DNA of 64,000 nucleotides. Origin: Candidatus Zambryskiibacteriota bacterium. Lineage in GTDB: Bacteria > Patescibacteriota > Minisyncoccia > Phycocordibacterales > WO2-35-19. Where the stretch lies: positions 4,027 to 68,026 of the forward strand of contig CAWJAC010000004.1 in assembly GCA_963840745.1 (NCBI GenBank), read 5' to 3'. A program made the position numbers and the translations under genes. Below the pieces are notes generated by a model, which was not told the DNA's origin, did no database searches, and saw only the letters and a list, made by a program, of their open reading frames with translations. This document shows, piece after piece, positions 43,587-53,045 of this stretch (position 1 is its first letter; each line of letters begins with the position of its first letter).

Positions 43587-44712
43587 CCTCCAATTCTTCT
43601 CCCTTTGTTGATTTTATGTCAATCCTCCAGCCGGTCAATTTAGCGGCAAGCCTCACATTTTGGCCGCCTTTGCCGATAGCCAAAGACTGCTGGTCTTCAG
43701 AAACGACGACATTAGCTTCACGATTTTCTTCGTTTATTTGGATAGAAACTATCTTTGCCGGAGAAAGAGCGTCCTCAATAAATTCCATTGGATTTTCTGA
43801 CCATTCTATAATATCTATTTTTTCTCCGCCAAGTTCTGAAGTGACAGTAGCTACCCTCACTCCTCTCTGGCCGACTAAGGAGCCTACCGGGTCGATATAA
43901 TTGTCATTTGTTGCCACTGCTACCTTAGAACGTGAGCCGGCTTCTCTAGCCACGGATTTTATTTCTATGGTACCGTTGGCAAGTTCCGGAGCTTCATTTT
44001 CGAAAAGTTTTATAAGAAAGCGTGGGTGGGAACGGGAAAGACGAAGAGCTACACCCTTGGGGCCGTCTTCTACTCGATATAAATAAACTCTCACCCTCTC
44101 ACCCTGACTGAATCTTTCGCCGGGTATCTGCTCTTCATAAGGCAATATGCCTACGGCTCTGCCGACATCCACGAATATATTACCCCTCTCGATTCGCTGT
44201 ACGGTGCCGGAAATGATCTCTCCCTCTCGCTCCCCAAATTCTTTCAGTACCGAAGATCTTTCGGCCTCTCTTATTTTTTGCATAATGACTTGTTTGGCAG
44301 TCTGGCTGGCGATACGCCCGTAATCTCCCTTTGATTCAAGTGGAAAAATTATCTCATCTCCCACTATCGCTCCTTTTTTTATTTTCTGAGCGTCGGGAAG
44401 CAATATGTGATGTTCCGGATTATAAAGTACCCGATCATCATCCTTTTCCTCCGCTGTCTCGATGGCCTCCTCTAGAGATTCTTTATCCATAAAAACTTTA
44501 GAATTATCCACCACAATTTTGACCTGATTCATTTCTACGCCACCGCTGCGCAAATCAAACTTAGCGCGAATTATCTGTCCGCGCTTGCCGTATTCTTTTT
44601 TGTAAGCGGTGGCCAAAGCCATCTCAATGGCCTCGATCACTTTATCTTTGGGTATGCCGCGCTCTTCTTCCAGCTGGTCCAGAACCGAATTTATAACCTT
44701 TAAATCAAACAT
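43576..44712 (-). CDS. nusA: transcription termination/antitermination factor NusA
   Basis: N-terminal domain, S1 (ISGTVQRIERGNIFVDVG) and two KH domains (GSRSKVAV...DPVGSLVGQRG; LAIGKGGQNVRLA). No C-terminal AR repeats. Confidence 0.95.
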   Translation of the reverse strand: MFDLKVINSVLDQLEEERGIPKDKVIEAIEMALATAYKKEYGKRGQIIRAKFDLRSGGVEMNQVKIVVDNSKVFMDKESLEEAIETAEEKDDDRVLYNPEHHILLPDAQKIKKGAIVGDEIIFPLESKGDYGRIASQTAKQVIMQKIREAERSSVLKEFGEREGEIISGTVQRIERGNIFVDVGRAVGILPYEEQIPGERFSQGERVRVYLYRVEDGPKGVALRLSRSHPRFLIKLFENEAPELANGTIEIKSVAREAGSRSKVAVATNDNYIDPVGSLVGQRGVRVATVTSELGGEKIDIIEWSENPMEFIEDALSPAKIVSIQINEENREANVVVSEDQQSLAIGKGGQNVRLAAKLTGWRIDIKSTKGEELEVAE

Positions 44713-44818
44713 GATATACGAATTAACGAATAAATTTTACTAAAAAATCCGCTTTCGAGCGGAGTATCTATCTTCCAGTATTGCCGCCATTATATACCTA
44801 GAGTAATAAACAAGTCAA
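44713..44818 (-). promoter_or_regulatory. nusA promoter and leader (TTGACT-18-TATAAT; hairpin + U-run; TTATTCGTTAATTCGTATAT abutting ATG)
   Basis: Minus strand: -35 at 44818-44813, -10 at 44794-44789. Hairpin UCCGCU-CGAA-AGCGGA at 44763-44748 plus U6. Motif at 44733-44713. Same layout as the fusA leader. Confidence 0.5.
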
Positions 44819-44856
44819 GTTTTCTTTCCGAGCACTATTAACGTATAATTTTAGGT

Positions 44857-47800
44857 ATGGAACCAACTATAGAAGGAGCATCTGATATAAGAGAAAAAAT
44901 AAATGCCAAAAGCAATGAATTAAAAGTACAGGTTCTTTTAGATATTGATCCTAGCAAAAGTCTTGACGAGAAAGAAAATATTTACAGACAGACTCTGGAA
45001 TTTTTAGAAAGTTTAAATGACGAGGAAAAACTGAAATTAAAAAAATCAGACGCTATTTTGATAGAGGATTTAAACAGTTTAGAAGAGGTTAAGAATAAAA
45101 TCGGAAGAAAAGAAGAAATTGTTGCGGAGAATACTCCCCAAGAAGAACAGGGATTTAAATTTGAACAAATAGATGGGGAACTACTCAAAAAATTAAATGA
45201 TGCGGGCATAAAAACAGAGATAGTAGAAGCTCTGATGAATCTTGCAATGTATGACGAAAACGAAAAAACGTTAATGATTCGCCAAGACGCAGATGCAGAA
45301 CATGTTAATGATTATATAAAAGACATTGTTTTTAGAGAACCAGACGAAGTGGGCTCGCCAACTGAAAATGGAGAACCTTTTGTGGAACAACATTTTGATT
45401 ATGACAAAAAAGATAAAGATGAGGGTGACAATGAAGGAGAAAGTGGTATCGGAGAAGAACCGCAACCGGAAGTAAAACCAGAACCGGCTCCGGAAACAAA
45501 AAAGCCTCTATCCAAATGGAATGAGTTAAATAGTCTTTTAATGGATTTAAATATTGATCTGGAATTCAATGAAGAGCAATTTGCAAAATTTGAAGAGAAA
45601 GGTTTAGATAAGGCAGAAGAAAAATATAATGAAATAAGAGAAGCAATAGAATCATTTTCCAATAAAAATAACTTAAAAGAAATATTTTCTACAATTAGAC
45701 TAGGTTATCCTAGATACGAAGGAAATTCTAAAATTTTCATAGAAGATAATATATTGTTTATAGATCTCGGCATTAACAAACAGGAGATAATTGATTTTTT
45801 TGATAAAAATATTACACAATCTCCGGTTTCTCTTGAAATTCCTCCGGAACAGGCAGAAGTTCCTCCAGAACCAATAACTCCCGAGCCGGCCCCTGTTGTG
45901 TTACCAGAAAATGTTCCACCAGCAGAACCGTCTCAGGTGGAAAAAATTCCAACTAATGAAGAATGGGAAGAATTTGTAAAATTAAGAAATGATTTGGCCA
46001 AAACTGAAGCCAAGAAAGGAAATTTTAGTATTGATTCTGGAATTAGTGTTGAAAATTTGAAATTAAAATATGTTAGTGATAAAGAAAAAATAGCTGGTCT
46101 GATTAGAAAAGAACAGCATAAAATATTGGGTGAAGGTCCTTTAACTGAAGAACAGGAAAGAAGCCTTAATGATTATTTATTTGAAGAGCTGGTTAAAAAA
46201 GAAAATGATGTTTATCTTAACGTTCTGAGAGCCAACAGAAAAGAAACATGGAAAGATAAAACAATAGAAACAGCAAAAAATCTTTTAGGCACTAAAGCAG
46301 TCAAGTGGTATTTGAGTCTTTCAAGATCACAAAGAATGGCTTTAAGTTTTGGCGTTGGCAGTATTGCCGGACTGGCTGCTGGAGTTACGGTAGCGCCGGG
46401 AATAATTGGATTGGCAAGTTATCTTGGGTGGCGGGCGGCTCGAGTGGGACTTTCCGGTACCGCTGGCGTGGCTGCGGGCGAATGGGCTAATAAAAAATGG
46501 TCGGCTGAGGAATTAAAAAAAGCGGAAGAAAAAGAAACAGAAGATTTAAAAAATTCCCAGCTTTCTTTGGAAGAAAAATCAAAAGGTCTTTTGGATATAG
46601 AAAAAAGATACAAGAAGGAAAGAATAAAAATGACTCTGAAAAAAGTAGGAACAACCATTGCGGCTGGCGCCGGTACGGGGTTTTTAACCGGGCTAGCCGA
46701 GCATGCAGTTATGGGGGCAGGTGGTGCTGCTAGGTCAGTCCTTGAATCAAAAGGAGGCAAGACCGGTACAGTTGTAGAAAATAAATTGCCACCAAGGAAA
46801 GGTTTTGAGCCTGCAACGAAACCGAAACCTCTTTCTATTACTGAACAAGCGCAACCAGCCAAACCAAGTGCGCTAGAACAAACTCCTGCTGCTCCTAAAA
46901 TATTTTCTGATCCATCGGTTTTGAAACATGAAGTGGTTGCCGGAGATTCAACTTGGAAGATTTTAAATAAAACGCTTGAAAATAATGATCAATTTAAAGG
47001 TATGACCGAAGCCCAAAAAACTTATGTTTTGAGTGCAATGACAAATAAAGTGATGCAAAACCCGGGAGAATATGGAATTGGCAAAGATGGGTTTTTAGCT
47101 GTGCACGACAAAACTGATTTCACGAAACTTTTTGAAAATACTAAAATAAAAGAAATTTTAGATAAAGCACACGATACAATCAAACCGGGCAGCTCGCAGG
47201 AAAGTTCTATTATTGGTAATAATGCGAAAATAGCCAGCTGGGTGAAAGAAAATCCGAATGTAAAACTGACCAACGACAAAGTGGCGGATATTTTAGCCAC
47301 TAAGCCAAAAGTAGAAGTTGCTCCAGAACCAATTCCTGCACCTGAAGTTTCAAGTCCTGAACCATTACCACAAGATATTCTTACAAATTCCCCTTATGAA
47401 TTAGAAAGTAGGACAATGTTTGCTGGTGGGGCAGTAATGGCTGGGACAGCCGCCTTGAATTCTATAGATGAGTATAAGAAAAAAAGAGATGTGGAACAGA
47501 CACATATGGATATTGCAAAAGCCAAAGGCAGACTTACCGAACTTGAAGCGCTTCAAGCCAGAGACAGAAATCCCAATCTAGAGAGATCTTTTGCTTCTGA
47601 CTCTAAATTGTTCGTTTCCAATGTTAAATTTAACCAAAAAGTGGAAGAAGCATTTAAAAATGACATTGATCAAATATATGGTAAAAAGGGCTTATTGGGT
47701 GTTGGTAAAGTAGCTGGAATAAACACCAAAGAGGGTAAAAAGATGTTAGGACGCTCAGCCAAGAAAATAGTAGAATATCGTATGGGGGATTCGGCCAAGT

Positions 47801-47982
47801 CCGGTTTGTCTCCTGGCGATATGGAAGAAATAACAAAATCTCGCCAGGACAATATTTTTATGGACAAGGTATTAGTTGATCTTATGGAAAAAACAAAAGG
47901 AGTTATTAAACCGTTTGAAAATGAAGATGTTGGAACATTTATAAAACGGCTTGGAGCTCAGGCATTAAAAAGAGCAGCATAA
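44857..47982 (+). CDS. large hypothetical protein (1041 aa; acidic/Lys-rich, Pro-rich linkers, central Gly/Ala-rich membrane-like segments)
   Basis: Uninterrupted ORF. TATAAT at 44844-44849 sits 7 nt before the ATG (leaderless-type). Contains PEPAPE-type linkers and segments such as GVGSIAGLAAGVTVAPGIIGLASYLGW. Confidence 0.75.
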   Translation: MEPTIEGASDIREKINAKSNELKVQVLLDIDPSKSLDEKENIYRQTLEFLESLNDEEKLKLKKSDAILIEDLNSLEEVKNKIGRKEEIVAENTPQEEQGFKFEQIDGELLKKLNDAGIKTEIVEALMNLAMYDENEKTLMIRQDADAEHVNDYIKDIVFREPDEVGSPTENGEPFVEQHFDYDKKDKDEGDNEGESGIGEEPQPEVKPEPAPETKKPLSKWNELNSLLMDLNIDLEFNEEQFAKFEEKGLDKAEEKYNEIREAIESFSNKNNLKEIFSTIRLGYPRYEGNSKIFIEDNILFIDLGINKQEIIDFFDKNITQSPVSLEIPPEQAEVPPEPITPEPAPVVLPENVPPAEPSQVEKIPTNEEWEEFVKLRNDLAKTEAKKGNFSIDSGISVENLKLKYVSDKEKIAGLIRKEQHKILGEGPLTEEQERSLNDYLFEELVKKENDVYLNVLRANRKETWKDKTIETAKNLLGTKAVKWYLSLSRSQRMALSFGVGSIAGLAAGVTVAPGIIGLASYLGWRAARVGLSGTAGVAAGEWANKKWSAEELKKAEEKETEDLKNSQLSLEEKSKGLLDIEKRYKKERIKMTLKKVGTTIAAGAGTGFLTGLAEHAVMGAGGAARSVLESKGGKTGTVVENKLPPRKGFEPATKPKPLSITEQAQPAKPSALEQTPAAPKIFSDPSVLKHEVVAGDSTWKILNKTLENNDQFKGMTEAQKTYVLSAMTNKVMQNPGEYGIGKDGFLAVHDKTDFTKLFENTKIKEILDKAHDTIKPGSSQESSIIGNNAKIASWVKENPNVKLTNDKVADILATKPKVEVAPEPIPAPEVSSPEPLPQDILTNSPYELESRTMFAGGAVMAGTAALNSIDEYKKKRDVEQTHMDIAKAKGRLTELEALQARDRNPNLERSFASDSKLFVSNVKFNQKVEEAFKNDIDQIYGKKGLLGVGKVAGINTKEGKKMLGRSAKKIVEYRMGDSAKSGLSPGDMEEITKSRQDNIFMDKVLVDLMEKTKGVIKPFENEDVGTFIKRLGAQALKRAA

Positions 47983-47994
47983 AAAATAAATAAA

Positions 47995-48294
47995 ATGAAT
48001 GAGGAGTTTAAGAAAAAAATAACAAAAGATTTCGGGCTTGAGGACTTGGATTCAAGGGAACAGGAGCGTATGATCGAAAAAATAGGTAATCTGCTTTTTG
48101 AATCGGTAGTGGAGAGGGCGGTGGATATTATGGACGAAGAAACAATGAATGGTTTTGATGAAGCTATCGGCAATGCCGGCAGCGATTATCAAAAAATTAT
48201 TTCTTTCCTCAGGTCCAAAGTGCCGGGCTTTGATAAAGTAGTCTCCGAAGAGCTTTCCCGCCTCAAACGCGCCACCTCCGGCATATTTGCATAA
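47995..48294 (+). CDS. hypothetical protein (99 aa)
   Basis: ORF 13 nt downstream of the large gene. Helical, acidic. No family assigned. Confidence 0.6.
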   Translation: MNEEFKKKITKDFGLEDLDSREQERMIEKIGNLLFESVVERAVDIMDEETMNGFDEAIGNAGSDYQKIISFLRSKVPGFDKVVSEELSRLKRATSGIFA

Positions 48295-48386
48295 AAATTT
48301 CCTTTTTGTTATATATAGTGTATTGCAAATAAGCGGGTTTTTAATTGCCCGCAAAAATTTTTAATAATAAATTTAATCAAAATATT

Positions 48387-49589
48387 ATGGCAGAAGCATT
48401 TGATCGTTCCAAGCCGCACGTTAACGTCGGCACCATCGGCCACGTTGACCACGGCAAGACTACTTTGACAGCGGCAATCCTTAAGATCCTTGACCTCAAA
48501 AAAGGCGAAGGATATGGTGCTCGAGTTGAAGGTGTTGATAAAATTGACAATGCGCCTGAAGAAAAAGCCAGAGGCATTACTATCGCGCTCCACCACAGCG
48601 AATATTGGACTCCTAATAAACACTACGCGCACATTGACGCTCCGGGTCACGCTGACTACATAAAAAATATGATTACCGGTGCCGCCCAAATGGATGGCGC
48701 CATATTAGTGGTAGCCGCTACTGACGGAGTGATGCCGCAAACTAGAGAACACATCCTTTTGGCTTACCAAGTTGGTGTGCCAAAAATTATAGTATTTCTC
48801 AACAAATGCGATATGGTGCCCGAACAGGATTTGATTGACTTAGTTGAGGAAGAAATTCGCGAGCTTTTAACCAAAAATCATTATGACGGCGCTGCCACTC
48901 CTATTGTGCGTGGCTCTGCTCTCAAGGCTTTGGAAGCTAAGGACACGGATGATGAGTGGGCTAAAAAAGTTTTTGAACTTGTAACTACATTGGATACTTA
49001 CATTCCAACACCAGTCCGAGATCTTGATAAACCATTCCTGATGCCAATTGAAGACATTTTCTCAATTGAAGGCAGAGGCACAGTGGTTACCGGAAAGATT
49101 GAAAGAGGAATCGTGAAAGTAGGTGAAGAAGTAGATGTAATTGGTCTGCGAGCTGCTCAAAAAACAACTGTGACTGGTATTGAAATGTTCAATAAACAAC
49201 TTCAAGAAGGACAGGCGGGAGACAATGCCGGCATTTTGCTTCGCGGTCTCAAGAAAGAAGACGTACACCGCGGTCAAGTTATAGCCAAGCCGGGTTCCGT
49301 CACTCCTCATACCGATTTTGAATCAGAAGTTTATATCTTAAAGAAAGAAGAAGGAGGCAGACACACACCTTTCTTTACCGGATACAAGCCTCAGTTTTAT
49401 ATCAGAACTACTGATGTAACCGGAGAGGTGACGCTTAAAGAAGGAGTAGAGATGGTTATGCCGGGAGACACGGTCACCTTTAAAGTTAAATTGGTGGCTC
49501 CGGTGGCCCTGGAAGAGAAGCAAAGATTTGCCATCCGCGAAGGAGGCAAGACGGTAGGCGCAGGAGTAGTTACGAAGATAGTGGCATAA
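48387..49589 (+). CDS. tuf: elongation factor Tu
   Basis: [38 protein letters not shown]. Start trimmed to the conserved N-terminus. Confidence 0.95.
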   Translation: MAEAFDRSKPHVNVGTIGHVDHGKTTLTAAILKILDLKKGEGYGARVEGVDKIDNAPEEKARGITIALHHSEYWTPNKHYAHIDAPGHADYIKNMITGAAQMDGAILVVAATDGVMPQTREHILLAYQVGVPKIIVFLNKCDMVPEQDLIDLVEEEIRELLTKNHYDGAATPIVRGSALKALEAKDTDDEWAKKVFELVTTLDTYIPTPVRDLDKPFLMPIEDIFSIEGRGTVVTGKIERGIVKVGEEVDVIGLRAAQKTTVTGIEMFNKQLQEGQAGDNAGILLRGLKKEDVHRGQVIAKPGSVTPHTDFESEVYILKKEEGGRHTPFFTGYKPQFYIRTTDVTGEVTLKEGVEMVMPGDTVTFKVKLVAPVALEEKQRFAIREGGKTVGAGVVTKIVA

Positions 49590-49689
49590 GATGAAATGGC
49601 AGAGAGTACATTAAAAAAAGAAAAAAAAACAGTTCAAACTACGCGGGGCAAGCAAAAAATCTTCTAAAAAAGAAGAGCCTATTTCAAAG

Positions 49690-49986
49690 TTGCGTATCAG
49701 AGTGATGGCTTATGAATATAAAGTGCTTGATCTTTCTGTCAAGCAAATCATTGATACGGCTCTCCGCTATGATGCCAAAGTTGTCGGTCCTATTCCTTTG
49801 CCAACCGAAATAAAAAAATGGACAGTCAACCGTTCGCCTTTCGTCTATAAAAATGCCCGTGAGCAGTTTGAAATGCGAGTGCATCGCAGAGTCATTGACA
49901 TCATCAATCCTTCTCCAAAAATCATGGATTCTCTGACAAATCTCTCTCTGCCGTCTGGTGTGAATATAGATGTAAAAATAATATAA
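49690..49986 (+). CDS. rpsJ: 30S ribosomal protein S10
   Basis: (L)RIRVMAYEYKVLD...GPIPLPT... aligns with the S10 core. TTG start as in the ORF track. An upstream ATG (49596) lies one frame off across A7/A9 runs. Confidence 0.85.
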   Translation: MRIRVMAYEYKVLDLSVKQIIDTALRYDAKVVGPIPLPTEIKKWTVNRSPFVYKNAREQFEMRVHRRVIDIINPSPKIMDSLTNLSLPSGVNIDVKII

Positions 49987-49993
49987 AAAAATC

Positions 49994-50018
49994 AAAAAAC
50001 CGCCTCTCGCGGTTTTTT
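49994..50018. terminator. intrinsic terminator between rpsJ and rplC
   Basis: aaaaaaccgc-ctctc-gcggtttttt (4 G:C pairs extended by A:U pairs), 8 nt after the rpsJ stop. Confidence 0.55.
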
Positions 50019-50105
50019 GTTGCGAAGATTTGAGGGAGGAGTATTTCTCTTGCAAAAAAAAGGGGTTTCTGTTAATCTATGGAAAAGCCCAGGGGCGTTT
50101 TTTAT

Positions 50106-50747
50106 ATGAAATTTATTTTAGCTAAAAAGGTGAATATGACCCAGATTTTTGGGGAAGACGGAGCGGTACAGCCGGCTACTGTTTTAAACGTTGAACCGGC
50201 GACTGTTTCGCAAATAAAAACCAAAGAAAAAGATGGTTATATTGCTGTACAAATTGGATCAGGTTTGCGAAGAGGTAAAAATATTTCTAAAGCGGTGAAA
50301 GGACAGATTAAAGGTTTGGAAGGATTCGCTGATGGCAAAACAGGATTCGCAGCGATTCGGGAATTTAAAATAGCCGAAGCTGATTCAAGTAATTTCAATA
50401 AGGGAGACAAAATTTTGGTGGACGCTTTTGCTGTTGGCGACAAGGTGACGGTTTCGGCTGTTTCCAAGGGTAAAGGTTTCCAAGGTGTAGTCAAAAGACA
50501 CGGCTTCCACGGCGGACCGAGAAGTCACGGCCAAAAACACTCGGAGAGGGAACCGGGTTCGATCGGCGGCGGAGGCAGAGGTGGAGGCAAAGTCATAAAA
50601 GGCATGAGAATGGCCGGCAGAATGGGTGGTGACAGGATTACAGTTAAAAATTTAAAGGTACTTAGTATTGATAAAGAAGCTGGCGAGATGTTAATTTCAG
50701 GAGCGGTGCCGGGGAGAAGAGGAACATTAGTTGAGATAAGAGGATAA
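50106..50747 (+). CDS. rplC: 50S ribosomal protein L3
   Basis: MKFILAKKVNMTQIFGEDG... matches the L3 N-terminus. TTGCAA-17-TAATCT promoter-like sequence at 50050-50078. Confidence 0.9.
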   Translation: MKFILAKKVNMTQIFGEDGAVQPATVLNVEPATVSQIKTKEKDGYIAVQIGSGLRRGKNISKAVKGQIKGLEGFADGKTGFAAIREFKIAEADSSNFNKGDKILVDAFAVGDKVTVSAVSKGKGFQGVVKRHGFHGGPRSHGQKHSEREPGSIGGGGRGGGKVIKGMRMAGRMGGDRITVKNLKVLSIDKEAGEMLISGAVPGRRGTLVEIRG

Positions 50748-50768
50748 ACAAATTTTTAATTTTCAAAA

Positions 50769-51428
50769 ATGGAAGCAACTGTATACAATCAAAAAGGAAC
50801 TGAGACCGGAAAAATCAAACTTCCAGACAATGTTTTTGGTTTGCCTTGGAATGAATCTTTGGTTCATCAAGTGGTGGTATCTATGACAGGAAATGAGAGA
50901 ACACCGGTAGCTCACACTAAGACAAGGGGCGAAGTTTCCGGTACTGGCATAAAACCTTGGAGACAAAAAGGTACCGGCCGCGCCAGACACGGTTCCCGTA
51001 GAAGTCCCATTTGGGTTGGCGGAGGAGTTTCTGGTGGTCCAAGGAAAGATAGAGATTTTTCAAGGAAAATAAATAAAAAAATGAAAACCAAAGCTCTCTT
51101 TACAGTACTCTCCCGCAAATTTAGAGATAGTGAAGTAGTCTTTATAGACAATATTTCTCTAAAAGTAGCCAAAACAAAAGAAGCAAAAAATATAATCACT
51201 TCTCTTTCAAAAATAAAGGAATTTGGCGGAATTGGAAGAAGAAATAATGCTGCCTTTATTGCTTTGGAGGCGAAAGATAAAAATGTTTATAAAAGTTTTA
51301 ATAATTTCGGCAATTTAGAAATGGGTCAAGTTAAAGATCTGAATGCTTTGGACCTTTTGCAATACAAATATCTCATTATGACTGATCCTGAAAAATCAAT
51401 TACAACTTTGTCATCCAGACTAAAATAA
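50769..51428 (+). CDS. rplD: 50S ribosomal protein L4
   Basis: [26 protein letters not shown]. Confidence 0.95.
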   Translation: MEATVYNQKGTETGKIKLPDNVFGLPWNESLVHQVVVSMTGNERTPVAHTKTRGEVSGTGIKPWRQKGTGRARHGSRRSPIWVGGGVSGGPRKDRDFSRKINKKMKTKALFTVLSRKFRDSEVVFIDNISLKVAKTKEAKNIITSLSKIKEFGGIGRRNNAAFIALEAKDKNVYKSFNNFGNLEMGQVKDLNALDLLQYKYLIMTDPEKSITTLSSRLK

Positions 51429-51432
51429 TTTT

Positions 51433-51720
51433 ATGACAACAGACTTAAAAGCAAAATATTCCGACATTATATTGCGGCCCAGAATTACAGAGAAGGGAAG
51501 TTTTATGACGGAATCAAATGTCCATACTTTTGAAATTGCTCCAAAAGCGACCAAGAAACAAGTGGCCGAGGCTGTTAGAGTTTTTTATAACGTTGTTCCT
51601 ATAAAAGTAAACATTGTTAAAAATCCAACCAAAGAAGTTTTTATAAGAGGCAAGAAAGGCAGCAAGGCTGGAGTAAAAAAAGCTTATGTGTATTTAAAGA
51701 AGGGAGATAAAATCGAGTAA
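51433..51720 (+). CDS. rplW: 50S ribosomal protein L23
   Basis: Position between L4 and L2. ILRPRITEKG...TFEIAPKATKKQV. Confidence 0.9.
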   Translation: MTTDLKAKYSDIILRPRITEKGSFMTESNVHTFEIAPKATKKQVAEAVRVFYNVVPIKVNIVKNPTKEVFIRGKKGSKAGVKKAYVYLKKGDKIE

Positions 51721-51728
51721 ATAAAAAT

Positions 51729-52577
51729 ATGGCAATAAAATTTTACAAACCAACATCAAAATCCAGAAGACACACTTCTAATGTGTCTTATAAATCAATT
51801 TTAACTGAAAGTAAACCCACCAAAGCTCTTACCTTCGGCCGAAAAAGAGCTGTTGGCAGAAATAATGTCGGCAGGATAACCGTTCGCCATAAAGGCGGAG
51901 GACACAAAAGATTATTTAGAGACGTTGACTTTAAATACAATAAAATAAATATTCCCTACAAAATTGTTTCGATAGAATATGATCCAAACCGCACCGGCTT
52001 TATTGGTTTGGCCGTCTATAAAGATGGCGAAAAGAAATATGTGCTTCTGCCCAAAAATATAAAAGTGGGAGAAGAATTTTTAACCGGAGAAAATGCAGAA
52101 ATAAAACAGGGCAACCGAATGCCGCTTCGGAATATACCGGTTGGCGCTTTTGTCTACAATGTAGAATTAAAACCCAGAGGTGGCGCCAAGATTGCTCGTT
52201 CAGCTGGCAATTTTGTCCAAGTGATAGCCAAAGATGCCGGGCATGTTGATTTAAAAATGCCATCGAGCGAAATACATAAAGTAAGAGAGAACTGCTTCGC
52301 AAGCATTGGTGAAGTTTCAAATGAAGAAAAGAGGCTTGAAAACTACGGTAAGGCCGGCAAAAGCAGATGGAAAGGCATTCGCCCAACAGTGCGAGGCACT
52401 GCTCAAAATCCGGTTGATCATCCGCATGGCGGAGGCGAAGGTAGGCAAGGAAGAGGCCGAAGACGCGCCATATCTCTCTGGGGCAAACCAACCGGCAAAG
52501 GCCAGAAGTCTCGCCGCGCCAAAAAATATTCAAATAAATTTATTGTTAGTAGAAGGAAAGTCGGAAAATTGAGATAA
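51729..52577 (+). CDS. rplB: 50S ribosomal protein L2
   Basis: GRNNVGRITVRHKGGGHKR, RGTAQNPVDHPHGGGEG. Confidence 0.95.
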   Translation: MAIKFYKPTSKSRRHTSNVSYKSILTESKPTKALTFGRKRAVGRNNVGRITVRHKGGGHKRLFRDVDFKYNKINIPYKIVSIEYDPNRTGFIGLAVYKDGEKKYVLLPKNIKVGEEFLTGENAEIKQGNRMPLRNIPVGAFVYNVELKPRGGAKIARSAGNFVQVIAKDAGHVDLKMPSSEIHKVRENCFASIGEVSNEEKRLENYGKAGKSRWKGIRPTVRGTAQNPVDHPHGGGEGRQGRGRRRAISLWGKPTGKGQKSRRAKKYSNKFIVSRRKVGKLR

Positions 52578-52588
52578 ATTCAAATACC

Positions 52589-53011
52589 ATGATTAAGATT
52601 TCATCAGTAAATATAGAAGAAAGAAAAAAAATGGACCTGCGTTCCGGAGATACGATTCGTGTTACCCAAAAAATAATTGAGAAAGATAAAAAAACGGCCA
52701 AGTTAAAAACTCGGTTACAGGATTTTGAAGGACTCTGTCTTTCAGTTAAACACGGCAGGGAAGCCGGCAGCACTATCACCTTAAGGAAAGTAGCTTCGGG
52801 TGTAGGAGTTGAAAGAATTTTTCCCATTTATTCTCCGATGATAGAAAAAATAGAAGTGGTTAAACGTTCCAAAGTCCGTCGCGCCAAGCTTTACCACATC
52901 CGCAAAAAAGCCGCCAAAGACATAAGGCGCCAGATGAGAAATATAAGAGAAGTTGCTGAAGTTGAAGAAACTCCAATTGAAACTCTCGCTCCAGAAATTG
53001 AAAAAAGCTAG
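52589..53011 (+). CDS. rplS: 50S ribosomal protein L19
   Basis: LRSGDTIRV...LQDFEGLCLSV...GVGVERIFPIYSP...KVRRAKLYHIR aligns with L19. It occupies the slot where S19 normally follows L2. Confidence 0.9.
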   Translation: MIKISSVNIEERKKMDLRSGDTIRVTQKIIEKDKKTAKLKTRLQDFEGLCLSVKHGREAGSTITLRKVASGVGVERIFPIYSPMIEKIEVVKRSKVRRAKLYHIRKKAAKDIRRQMRNIREVAEVEETPIETLAPEIEKS

Positions 53012-53045
53012 AAAATGGTTATACTTTTGTAGTATGCGCGGGTGG

